Shown in pieces: positions 44,101-50,592 of a stretch of 64,000 nucleotides of DNA. The notes under the pieces are model-generated. The model made no database searches, was not told the DNA's origin, and saw nothing but the letters and a program-made list of their open reading frames with translations. The DNA comes from Deferribacterales bacterium (GTDB lineage: Bacteria; Chrysiogenota; Deferribacteres; Deferribacterales; Geovibrionaceae): the NCBI GenBank assembly GCA_050253075.1, contig JBFWJS010000004.1, positions 213,685-277,684 of the forward strand, read 5' to 3'. Numbering within the stretch: the stretch's first letter is position 1; each line of letters starts with the position of its first letter. The translations under genes and the position numbers were made by a program.

Positions 44101-44445
44101 AGTGGTAAGGTTTTCCTGTGGGTTATCGCCTGTCGCTGTGTCCTGCTCGAGTTCTTCGATATTTTCACCCTGAGCCAGAGCATCCTGAATGGCCTGTGCC
44201 TCAGCTTCAGCATCGGAGAGCTCAACATCGCCGAGGACAGAGTCGTCCATTGCGAGTGTCTGACCGCCGTCGAGCTGAATCTCGTCACCGTTATTAAGTG
44301 TGATTACTATATTTGATCCGGGTGATGTCACCACCACGTCGCCTTTATTGATTACATCGCCTGCTGAAAGGACTCTCTCCTCCCCGTCCAGCCTTGCTAC
44401 TACGTATCCGATCGTTGATTTAACTGTTCCTACTGCGAGCGCCAT
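32110..44445 (-). CDS. Giant retention-module T1SS adhesin (LapA/BapA-like), 4111 aa: Ig/cadherin-like repeats, two DUF4114-like domains, vWA, putative sugar-binding domain
   Basis: N-terminal retention module (AIQDALAQG...TATG), TYTPxANFNGTDxFxYT repeats, vWA MIDAS LDTSGS, G/AxEDL...D motifs, NLIVNGSFE, very acidic, no Sec signal. Confidence 0.93.
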   Translation of the reverse strand: MALAVGTVKSTIGYVVARLDGEERVLSAGDVINKGDVVVTSPGSNIVITLNNGDEIQLDGGQTLAMDDSVLGDVELSDAEAEAQAIQDALAQGENIEELEQDTATGDNPQENLTTYNFLPGDSSQGNVGSYLLGSSGGSGEEGDDFGGAPDNGNNNGQTPAASQTGGSTGETGGEGSGDSGSTAPQAVVDNVSVDEDSSVVIDLLANDVNATGITSINQPSNGTVTLNEDGTVTYTPDANFNGTDGFSYVISDADGNTSTAVVNVSVNPVNDGPLAEADGAELAEDSSVTISVLANDTDIDGDELEVVSVTQPENGTVVVNADGTVTYTPVANFNGTDSFTYTISDGNGGTDTATVNLTVTPENDNPVAVNDIQSVDEDGSVNINVLANDSDLDGDTVSVESADALSANGGTVVVNADGTITYTPAANFNGTDTFQYTITDGNGGTDTATVTVNVAAVNDGPVAEADGIGTNEDEPVTISVLDNDTDLDGDTLTIESADALSANGGTVVVNADGTITYTPAANFNGTDTFQYTITDGNGGTDTATVTVNVAAVNDGPVANDDSKELAEDSAAVINVIGNDTDIEGDELSVTSVTQPEHGVVTINGDGTVTYTPVANFNGTDSFTYTISDGNGGTDTATVNLTVTPENDNPVAVDDIQSVDEDGSVNINVLANDSDLDGDTVSVESADEFSANGGTVVVNPDGTITYTPAANFNGTDTFQYTITDGNGGTDTATVTVNVAAVNDGPVANDDSKELAEDSAAVINVIGNDTDIEGDELSVTSVTQPEHGVVTINGDGTVTYTPVANFNGTDSFTYTISDGNGGTDTATVNLTVTPENDNPVAIDDIQSVDEDGSVKINVLANDSDLDGDTLTIESADALSANGGTVVVNADGTITYTPAANFNGTDTFQYTITDGNGGTDTATVTVNVAAVNDGPVAEADGIGTNEDEPVTISVLDNDTDLDGDTLTIESADALSANGGTVVVNPDGTITYTPAANFNGTDTFQYTITDGNGGTDTATVTVNVAAVNDGPVANDDSKELAEDSAAVINVIGNDTDIEGDELSVTSVTQPEHGVVTINGDGTVTYTPVANFNGTDSFTYTISDGNGGTDTATVNLTVTPENDNPVAIDDIQSVDEDGSVNINVLANDSDLDGDTVSVESADEFSANGGTVVVNADGTITYTPAANFNGTDTFQYTITDGNGGTDTATVTVNVAAVNDGPETSDKSVTVDASGEVTFDLSDFDEGGAKDLEDDASADKTTSVVIDSLPEHGTLYYVESDGSLTEITEAGVTVDDVTNLTYKLDEGYNSTIVMGTQESSGVVGQWGEVENGVLTYKGANGITATITATDDDGNSAEVGFNNLINRQDGLGIGVVGGADNDQIDTGESLTVSFDAPVSNVVIGLGGLGENFDSDNPRDAEAHWVAYDADGDIVAEGFVQRGDNFTAEVDLDGVTFNSIQFFNVSTGGNSNFVLQYIEYTNADMTDSFDYHAVDSDDAISNTSTVTFDIEQGAVAEYNVAPEAESDTISLNSDGGYAADFTLDPLTSDYEDDNDGDPATSTTVTIESLPEHGTLYYGGEEVHIGQEIPDAAQLQYVLDGDAETVSVLMGSKGDGTIDNWGTVTTDESGKTVIEFEAGDVTATISSPNGDIGFNDYSGINKQDGFGLGVDGGVDDNQIDLGETLVIDFDSPVSNATVGLAGLGENFGGSIDAYAHWEAFDAEGNLIASGDVQNDGDEVNSFTIDTDGISQIVFSVTNTTVNSNFTVQYIELNAVTSDSFDYSVTDSGGKGSETATITFDIEPSDTLTAEHAPVALDDSAELKENTSIEIDVLANDSDIDGDDLTVSIHTDPEHGTVQIVDGKVVYTPDADYEGADTFTYTVTDTDGKTDTATVSLNVLHENEAPVITVENTETTVTYVSEEASYNNVIGLYTVNEAGEPVLVSILEDNGNYGAGNFQIDPADGDFGTYTGDGSDLHFFIIANGNVGDVDYDSIRFVDNGDGYTAQYSNGENMVNINRPVYFDNAELNPGNVEHFQTTVNADGSITIGVEDLAPATSDEDYDDAVMRLETGNVTFVEDGEAVSIAGDVTIADDDSSTMTNMTVTLTNPLASDVMSILGDLPEGITADTSVPYQITFTNTAADPASVSIADFETALKMVTFENTSQDPDETPREFTVSVTDDTGLTSNVADFTVNVESVNDAPVAGDDSYSTTEDIEGGITFDALVNDSDVEGDVSISTFEQPANGTVVLNADGTFTYTPDADFNGTDTFTYQVTDADGALSEPATVTIVVDPVNDAPVVTVNDVETSVTFNSINTGASYTNAFGVYFTDADGNPVSGEILAGDSKGDINFDLGTYDTAASNVHFFLISNIGAGGYEEGEVTFEMVNGKPVMSIDGVEVTKNVFYSDNDLNKDGKDHFAVTENADGSVTIAIEDLYGKDATNDTDFRVDVTETDQAAVFTEDGGAIHIVQDVTVTDVDDTTMFELKVTLENYQPGEDVLSIDENMLPDGIEYDITDGVITFTNSGEEMSNEDFAQAVESIMYNNTSDTPDTADREFRVEVSDGEAWSNAANITVEVVPVNDAPLAVDDVNTISDVSDTSSLNIVIALDTSGSMFHDRYNDIKGDETRLQIALDSLKEMLGSYEPSEVGGVMLVEFFGDVSTNTGQNGVWLTYDEAMDLITNFEIPFDQNNLNTDYDSALQMIMDNYESSTADGSMPAADETVMYFLSDGSPQGSDYEDGRSNSNSISSSEAGVWNEFAGANFSNVYAVGIGVNAASSQLSLVAGENGQVLLVNDEHGLAETLVNIADTSKVIGNVLLNDTDPEDIDWSDSSNGTNVQLTVTGAEAGGETSDSVALDNMSDGSITVQGEYGTLTINSDGSYVYTLDTENPAVQAMGDGESALDKFSYTVADSEGATDIATLSITVNGINDAPVAADDYGTVTAAGAEAVDVTATVELTNETTAGGANSDIDLTGVVVTDLGDLSLNFNINGGAERNFYMVGSTEGGNNINAGDGNDIFLLNGPINGNTAIAGGSGHDILILGGSQSDYTFQNYTNNNGMINTQIIDKGTGQMITVNEIEEIRFGGYSEGSTEYDVVITTDPAGAEVDSFTITVTNATLSAGTDNGDGTWTVSADEVEGLKAVSTGGTVSVGEITFELADGYTGVDAGSDESVILTGDVLANDSDPDGDSLSVTDVDGSDVDGDTVIEGEYGTLTINSDGTYTYELDSENTDVKGLSDGQTLTETFTYTISDGKESSSADLNITINGANEAPVVTDAYVSGDEDTAIRIDVSGDFSDAEGPASITEFTQGANGSVVQNSDGTFSYTPADDFSGEDSFTYTVTDADGATSTATVNVTVNPVADAPSVSLSISEAVTESTANLIVNGSFEDVTGIKPNGGYSSSSNINSGSYKAMTSIPGWELVGEASETSNTMEIHNAGHMSVGSTDGTNYMDLGETNSSNDGDRDNTHIGQVLSGLEEGESYTLTFDYVDKAAIANNPASGAMQVIWGGEVIATITGDNTTWESYTVEVIGGAGNGNDRLEFKEIGTAYDNHGMAIDNVQLVATPDSVEFTLTLDAAVTDLNGAVSYESLESLTLSGLPEGAELSIGTDNGDGTWTISVENLTTYHGEVTMTVPAGTADFDLTLSAAAVESGNGDVSELAEAVVHVDVPGEAVVANEAPFIDLNGPEGLDFSEETVDYSTTYTMGSDQGVAIAAADLYIQDMDDTTLTSMTIAITGNFDALDTLNIDETALGGGLKVTYSEDGTSMTIASEDGSAVGIEHFENALGSVTFSTESDSLDARDISVTVADGADSTITTTAHTSVSIDVPAQEYTPEIHSLDGNFDAFGHRGGNYGNSNEYAPTGNNAEAINEDGFYAVRSVNESNNNSEDFDIETSESISFHIHDDVTSATFEFYNADSDATDSGVGSTTWLIYDANGDAIDPSHASVTFDGTTATFTSDVPFQYIVFDAGNNGNGHSNNDPAIDPDGTGDVNFIVKPVEYQAADTYDMAESTLDTGSIDFSNVESYGHIDLINMSDDDAAQIINTLNVDDVLGLTDEDRILTITGGEGDQVQMSNDWSYDNQTGTFTANDGSGAEVHIQGSFDFDPASKIITFDDNNSNDGCQG
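40805..43640 (-). repeat. Tandem array of ten near-identical ~280-285 bp Ig-like coding repeats
   Basis: Three unit types in the order A'-B-C-A-B-A-B-C-A-B; the DNA differs mainly at third codon positions. Confidence 0.9.
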
Positions 44446-44666
44446 AGGTCACCTCATAAAATAATAATTATGAGTAAAGATACACTCGCCTGAAACAGAA
44501 AACATCGTACCAAGGTACAATAGATGCAAATTAAATCGCATTTATGCATCTTTTTTTACATTTTTTTTTCAAATAAACCTTATTAATTATACTAATCATA
44601 TTATAATTACTGGTACACATGAAAGTGTGCTTATTAAAATCAACCGAAACCGAAGGGAGGTTTATT

Positions 44667-46298
44667 ATGGGCAGCAGACTTACGATCAAAATGAAACTGA
44701 CTATATCATTTGCTATATTAGTTCTCTTCATGCTCATCATGGGGGGCAATACGATCCTCACAGTCAACTCTCTGGACAAGGCAAACACCGCACAGGTCGA
44801 AAGATCGATACAGGTGAGGCTTGCTCTGGATTATGAGAAATATATCACAAACATAATACTGACCAGCATGGACATCATCATAGATAAAGACGAAGGGAAG
44901 GTTTCAGATGAAAGGGATGCATCCCTGAAAGAATATTTCAAAAAGCTGGAAGAGATAAGCCCGAAGCTCCTGGAGGCATCCGATACGCCTGATGAAAAAG
45001 CATCTGCGCAGTATCTCGTCAATGCCGTAAATGAGCTGAAACCGGTGGTTATGAACGACCTTTACAAGCTGGTTGAAAGCGGAGCATCGGACGAAGCCTT
45101 TGCCGCAATAGATGACGGCATAGACGGCGCAGCGGGCGAAGTCAGCGGGAATATTGAGAAGATCATAGAATCGATTCAGTCGGAAGTGGTCGAATCGAGG
45201 GAGTTCATGCAGACAGCTTCCACAGCGTCAAAGACCACAAGCTATGTCCTGCTTATCGTTGTGGTAATAGTCTCAGGCGGTGCGCTGGCAGTCTCCATGA
45301 AAGCTGTTATGGGGCCCGTGTCTAAGATGACAGACGTTACGGAAGACCTCGCAAAAGGCGACGGAGACCTCACCCGCAGGATAGAGTCTAAAACAAACGA
45401 CGAGATGAAAACCCTAGGCGACAACATAAACATTTTCATAAAGAACGTGCACGGAGTGATAGTGAATGTGGGCGAACAGTCCCAGAGCCTGACAAGCGCA
45501 AGTTCCGAGCTGGCAGCCACCACAGAGGAGCTGTCCAGCACTTTCAACGAGCAGGCATCGCAGATATCCGATGTCGCATCCGCAATGGAAGAGATGAGCT
45601 CATCCAGTATCGAAGTGATGAGAAGCGTTGATTCGTCCCTCGCCACAGCCGAAGAGGCGACACAAAAGACACGCCACGGCATAGAGATACTGGGGCAGGC
45701 GGTCAAAGATATGGACGAGATAAAGAACAATATATCAGGACTGTCTGAGATAATAAGGCAGCTTAACGACTCCTCTCAGCAGATAGGAGACATATTGAAC
45801 GTCATCGACGACATAGCCGACCAGACAAACCTGCTGGCGCTCAACGCAGCCATCGAAGCAGCAAGAGCAGGGGAACACGGGCGTGGATTCGCAGTTGTAG
45901 CTGATGAGGTAAGGAAGCTCGCCGAACGCACACAGAAAGCAACAGGCGAGGTCGAAGTGATCATCAAGACACTGCAGGATGAAAGCAACAGAGCATCCAC
46001 AAACATGAACAGCGCACTGGTCTCTGTAAACAGAGGCAGCGAAGTCATAAACGAGACGAACATAATATTCGGCGAAGTGAGCGGTGCTATCGAAAACGTA
46101 AACAGTAACAACAGCCTTGTCGGTGCGGCCGTCAGGGAGGAGAGCACCACCATCACCAGCGTAAATGACAATGTACAGGTGATAGCATCTGCTGTGGAGC
46201 AGAGCTCGAGAGCCGTTGCAGAGGTGGCAAGTACTGTGGCAGACCTGCAGAGGCTGGCTGTCGAACAGGAAGAAATGATACGGAAATTTAAAGTCTGA
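44667..46298 (+). CDS. Methyl-accepting chemotaxis protein
   Basis: Two [53 protein letters not shown] before ATG44667. Confidence 0.95.
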   Translation: MGSRLTIKMKLTISFAILVLFMLIMGGNTILTVNSLDKANTAQVERSIQVRLALDYEKYITNIILTSMDIIIDKDEGKVSDERDASLKEYFKKLEEISPKLLEASDTPDEKASAQYLVNAVNELKPVVMNDLYKLVESGASDEAFAAIDDGIDGAAGEVSGNIEKIIESIQSEVVESREFMQTASTASKTTSYVLLIVVVIVSGGALAVSMKAVMGPVSKMTDVTEDLAKGDGDLTRRIESKTNDEMKTLGDNINIFIKNVHGVIVNVGEQSQSLTSASSELAATTEELSSTFNEQASQISDVASAMEEMSSSSIEVMRSVDSSLATAEEATQKTRHGIEILGQAVKDMDEIKNNISGLSEIIRQLNDSSQQIGDILNVIDDIADQTNLLALNAAIEAARAGEHGRGFAVVADEVRKLAERTQKATGEVEVIIKTLQDESNRASTNMNSALVSVNRGSEVINETNIIFGEVSGAIENVNSNNSLVGAAVREESTTITSVNDNVQVIASAVEQSSRAVAEVASTVADLQRLAVEQEEMIRKFKV

Positions 46299-46315
46299 CA
46301 AATAAAAAAGGTAAC

Positions 46316-46450
46316 CGTCACTCTGAGGAGTGAAACGACGTGAGAGTCTCATAGCCTCTGATAATCAAGGCTTTATAGTAACTGTGACCAAAAGAGCTTA
46401 ATAAGCAGCAGTCTGAGATTCTTACGCCTGTAAACAGGCTCAGAATGACA
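46316..46450. repeat. CGTC-type palindromic repeat, copy 3
   Basis: CGTCACTCTGAG...GAGAGTCTC ... GAGATTCTT...CTCAGAATGACA. Confidence 0.75.
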
Positions 46451-46569
46451 ACATCTTCTTAAAATAAAGAATCCCCAATCTTGTTATCAAAATTGAGGAT
46501 TCTTTTATTTAAATTGTGCGAAACAACACGTTTATTAAGCGGCTTGAGGCAAAAACCTCCGCTTCTTTT

Positions 46570-47586
46570 TTATATTCTGTTTTCCTCCACTGCGTGGCAG
46601 GCGATCTTTCGCCCGTCCAGCTCCTGCAGTTTCGGTATCTCTGTCTTACATCTTTCGTTTGCATACGGGCATCTTCCGTGGAAGACACATCCGCTGGGAA
46701 GGTTTATCGGCGTGGGAACTTCCCCAGTCAGGCGCACTCTGTCGCTCTTTGTTCCGTCCAGCTTCGGTATTGCGCTTAAGAGAGCCATGGTATACGGGTG
46801 TCTCGGCGACTTAAACAGTGTCTGAGTATCCGCCAGCTCGCACACGGTGCCGAGATACATCACGGCTACCTTTGTGCTGATATGCTCCACAACGGAGAGG
46901 TCGTGTGCTACGAAGAGGTATGTGAGGTTTCTCTGCTCCTGAGCATCCATCAGCAGGTTCAGTATCTGCGCCTGTATGGACACGTCCAGAGCCGAGATAG
47001 GCTCATCTGCCACTATGAACTCAGGGTCAACGATGAGCGCACGGGCGATACTTATACGCTGGCGCTGTCCGCCTGAAAATTCGTGGGGCATGCGAGTCAC
47101 CCATTTCGGGTCGCTCCCCACCTGAAGCATCACTTCCTCCACCCTGTCGTGCACCTCTGATGCAGTCAGAGCGGGATAATGATATCTGAGCGGTTCTTCG
47201 AGGGTGCTTTTGATGCTTTTCCTCGGGTTCAGCGATGCGTAAGGGTCTTGGAAGACCATCTGCATCCTGCTGCGGAATGGGAGCATTTCCTTTGCGCTGA
47301 GGTTGTCTATGCGGGAACCGTCATAGTGTATCTCACCGCCGTTTGACGGGTAGAGCCCCATGATGGTTCGTCCGAGGGTGGATTTACCGCATCCGCTCTC
47401 TCCCACCACGCTGAAGGTCTCACCCTTGTTTATCTCTATGCTGACGTTGTTCAGCGCTTTCACATATGTGTGCTCACGCTTGAGCTTTCCGTCTTTGAAT
47501 TTTAACTGGTCGAGGAGCCCGCCCGAGATGTCAAACCTCTTATAAAGGTTCTGCACGCTCAGAAGGGTTTTCTTCTCATTACTCAT
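46570..47586 (-). CDS. dppF: Dipeptide/oligopeptide ABC transporter ATPase
   Basis: GESGCGKST, FSGGQRQR, DEP, PSGCVFHGRC; start at MSNEKK. Confidence 0.92.
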   Translation of the reverse strand: MSNEKKTLLSVQNLYKRFDISGGLLDQLKFKDGKLKREHTYVKALNNVSIEINKGETFSVVGESGCGKSTLGRTIMGLYPSNGGEIHYDGSRIDNLSAKEMLPFRSRMQMVFQDPYASLNPRKSIKSTLEEPLRYHYPALTASEVHDRVEEVMLQVGSDPKWVTRMPHEFSGGQRQRISIARALIVDPEFIVADEPISALDVSIQAQILNLLMDAQEQRNLTYLFVAHDLSVVEHISTKVAVMYLGTVCELADTQTLFKSPRHPYTMALLSAIPKLDGTKSDRVRLTGEVPTPINLPSGCVFHGRCPYANERCKTEIPKLQELDGRKIACHAVEENRI

Positions 47587-48568
47587 TTCCGCCCTCCTTC
47601 GCTCTGCATAAAACGCAGGCTGCTTCCGTATCCATCCCCTGCACTTTAACAAGGTCAGGCACACGCTCTTTACACACATCCATCACATAAGGACATCTGG
47701 GGTGAAATGCGCATCCCGCAGGGATATTTGTCAGTGTGGGCATCATGCCCGGTATCTGATTAAGTCGGCTGCTGCCTCTCGCCCCTTCGGGCAGAGCTGC
47801 TATCAGGCCTTTTGTGTAAGGGTGCTGAGGTTTGCTGATGACATCTTTCGTCAGCCCCTTTTCAACGATCCGCCCGGCATACATGACGGCTATCTTCTCT
47901 GTCACCTGTGAAACGACGGCGAGGTCGTGGGTGATGAGTATAAGCCCCATGTGCTCTGTCTCGCACAGCTCGGTGATAAGATCCATTATCTCCGCCTGAA
48001 TAGTCACGTCGAGAGCCGTCGTCGGCTCGTCGGCGATGATTATCTCAGGGTCTGTGAGCAGTGCGATGGCAATGATTATACGCTGTCTCATCCCGCCTGA
48101 GAACTCATGCGGATACTGATCCAGACGCTTTTCGGGGGACGGGATATGTACTTTTTTAAGTTTATCGAGGGCTATCTGTCTCGCTTCCTTTTTGCTCATT
48201 TTCGGATTATGCGCAAGGAGCGTTTCTGTCATCTGTGTGCCTATGCTGAGCACGGGGTTCAGGGTCATCATAGGATCCTGAAAGATCATACTGATGCGGT
48301 TTCCGCGTATTCTGCGGAGTTCTTCGTCTGATATCTTTGTCAGGTCTTCGCCGTGAAAGAGTATCTGCCCTTCTGCTACGAAACCGGGCTTGCTTATCAG
48401 GCCGATTATTGAGAAGCCCGTCACGGATTTACCCGCACCGCTCTCACCGACGAGTCCGAGCCTCTCACCCTTTTCCAGAGTGAAGGACACGCCCGTCGTG
48501 GCCGTTACGGCGCCCGTACGCAGGCCGAATTTTATCACGAGGTCTTTAACCTCAAGCAAACTGCTCAT
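47579..48568 (-). CDS. dppD: Dipeptide/oligopeptide ABC transporter ATPase
   Basis: GESGAGKS, FSGGMRQR, DEPTTALD, GCAFHPRC. Confidence 0.93.
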   Translation of the reverse strand: MSSLLEVKDLVIKFGLRTGAVTATTGVSFTLEKGERLGLVGESGAGKSVTGFSIIGLISKPGFVAEGQILFHGEDLTKISDEELRRIRGNRISMIFQDPMMTLNPVLSIGTQMTETLLAHNPKMSKKEARQIALDKLKKVHIPSPEKRLDQYPHEFSGGMRQRIIIAIALLTDPEIIIADEPTTALDVTIQAEIMDLITELCETEHMGLILITHDLAVVSQVTEKIAVMYAGRIVEKGLTKDVISKPQHPYTKGLIAALPEGARGSSRLNQIPGMMPTLTNIPAGCAFHPRCPYVMDVCKERVPDLVKVQGMDTEAACVLCRAKEGGNE

Positions 48569-48572
48569 GATA

Positions 48573-49490
48573 TTAACCTTTATATAATTTAGGGTTTAAG
48601 ACGTCACGGAGGAAGTCACCCAAGAGATTTATCGCAAGTATAAGAGCGACAAGGAGGAGCCCCGGAAAAAGGGTTATCCACCATGAACCGCTGAATATAT
48701 ATTCAAACCCCGAGTCTATCAGAGACCCGAGAGACGGCCTCGAAATAGGCATACCCAGACCGAGGAACGACAGCGCAGCCTCACTCATAACGGCATTCGC
48801 CACCTGTATGGTGGAAACAACGAGAATGGGTGAGAGCGTATTGGGGAAAATGTGTCTCCACATGATGCGCCCCGAGCCGAACCCCGCCACACGGGCAGCC
48901 TCGACATACTCCTTCTTCTTTTCCGCAAGAACAGCAGCACGCACAGTCCTCGCATACTGAGGCCATTCGGAAAATCCTATGACGAGTATAAGGAAAGGAA
49001 TGGCTATCTCGCCAAAGCGTCCGACGCCCACCGCAGCCTGAAGTATAGCCGTAAAGAATATAGCAACCATAAGGTAGCTGAAAGAGAGCTGTACGTCAGC
49101 CATACGCATAAAGAATGAATCGAGCTTTCCGCCGAAATATCCTGCCACAAGCCCTATGGAAACGCCTATGATGGACTGGAGCACAACAGCACCGATACCT
49201 ATCAGCAGTGATATGCGCATACCGTATATCATTGTGGAAAGGAGGTCACGCCCCTGATTATCCGTACCCAGCATAAATGCGGGGTCTCCGTTCGGCATCC
49301 ACATAGGCGGGAGCTCAGAGTTCATAACGTCGATATTGTGCGGGTCGTAAGGGTTATAAGGGGATATCAGCGGAGCAAAAACCGCTATCAGAACCAGCAG
49401 TACTATGACAACGAAGCTGACAATGGCGACCTTGTCCTTTTTAAAGCTGTACCACAGGTATGAGTCTTTGAATTTAGACATCTTACTCAT
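48573..49490 (-). CDS. dppC: Dipeptide/oligopeptide ABC permease
   Basis: LGTDNQGRD, EYVEAAR EAA loop, EAALSFLGLG. Confidence 0.93.
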   Translation of the reverse strand: MSKMSKFKDSYLWYSFKKDKVAIVSFVVIVLLVLIAVFAPLISPYNPYDPHNIDVMNSELPPMWMPNGDPAFMLGTDNQGRDLLSTMIYGMRISLLIGIGAVVLQSIIGVSIGLVAGYFGGKLDSFFMRMADVQLSFSYLMVAIFFTAILQAAVGVGRFGEIAIPFLILVIGFSEWPQYARTVRAAVLAEKKKEYVEAARVAGFGSGRIMWRHIFPNTLSPILVVSTIQVANAVMSEAALSFLGLGMPISRPSLGSLIDSGFEYIFSGSWWITLFPGLLLVALILAINLLGDFLRDVLNPKLYKG

Positions 49491-50464
49491 TTCGCACCTG
49501 TTATTCTGATAGTAGGGTTAACTATACCGTATATGATATCCACTATCGTATTCACGCCGACCATTATTATCCCCACAAACATGAGGTACGCCACCAGAAG
49601 CGACACGTCGGCACGCTCCACTGCCTCCATAAAGAGGAAGCCGAGCCCGCCCCACTGAAAGACTGTCTCTGTAAGGATGGTGAAGGCGATCATTATCCCC
49701 AGCTGAACACCGCCGACGGTGATAACGGGGAGAAGTGTATTTTTAAAAGCGTGGACAAACCAGACTCTCTTTTTAGTGAGCCCCTTTGCCCATGCGTATT
49801 TTACATATTCAGACTCCAGTATCTCCATCATCTCAGACCGTATGAGCCTTATGAAAAGAGGGAGCATGATGGAAGAGAGAGCTACACTGGGCATTATGAC
49901 ATGCTGCCATCCGTCCAGAGTGAAAAGACCGGACTTCCACCCGCCGATGGACACCAACTCGCCCCTGCCGTATGAGGGGAACCAGCCCAGTTTGATAGAA
50001 AACAGATATATCATCATAATGGCGATGAGGAAAACAGGGATAGACACCCCGACGATACTCGCCCCCATTAGCAATTTCGAAAAGAAGTTTCTGGGATAAA
50101 TAGCAGAGTATACCCCCAGAGGGATAGAAAGCCCCACGATGATAAGAGCAGCAACAAAGACAAGCTCTATCGTAGCAGGCGCCTTAGACAATATAACGTC
50201 CACGGCGGGCTTTTTATAAAAGAATGAGTTTCCGAGATCGCCGTGTATGGCGTTCTTCGCGAAACGTGCGTATTGGATCAGCAGAGGGTCGTTCAATCCC
50301 AGCTCGTCACGTACAGCCTCTCTTTCCGCTGCGGAAACGTGTATGCCTGTGATCTCACGGACAGGGTCGCCCACGTTCTGCTTAATGGCAAAGGCCAAAA
50401 CGCTGATAACGAAGACAACAAACACAGCCTGAACAACTCTCCTTATTATGAATGCGAACATCAA
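49487..50464 (-). CDS. dppB: Dipeptide/oligopeptide ABC permease
   Basis: GDP, LGLNDP, GDLGNS, TETVFQWGGLG. Confidence 0.93.
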   Translation of the reverse strand: MMFAFIIRRVVQAVFVVFVISVLAFAIKQNVGDPVREITGIHVSAAEREAVRDELGLNDPLLIQYARFAKNAIHGDLGNSFFYKKPAVDVILSKAPATIELVFVAALIIVGLSIPLGVYSAIYPRNFFSKLLMGASIVGVSIPVFLIAIMMIYLFSIKLGWFPSYGRGELVSIGGWKSGLFTLDGWQHVIMPSVALSSIMLPLFIRLIRSEMMEILESEYVKYAWAKGLTKKRVWFVHAFKNTLLPVITVGGVQLGIMIAFTILTETVFQWGGLGFLFMEAVERADVSLLVAYLMFVGIIMVGVNTIVDIIYGIVNPTIRITGAK

Positions 50465-50542
50465 TTTCTCCTGAAGTTTATGGAAATAAATACCCGTTAA
50501 AACCTACATTTGTATCTAAATAATCCAGAATACAGAACAAAA

Positions 50543-50568
50543 CGGGAGTCTGCAAAAACAGACTCCCG
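50543..50568 (-). terminator. Intercistronic hairpin after dppA
   Basis: CGGGAGTCTG-CAAAAA-CAGACTCCCG. Confidence 0.65.
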
Positions 50569-50592
50569 CTGCAAATAGGAAATATTATATTG

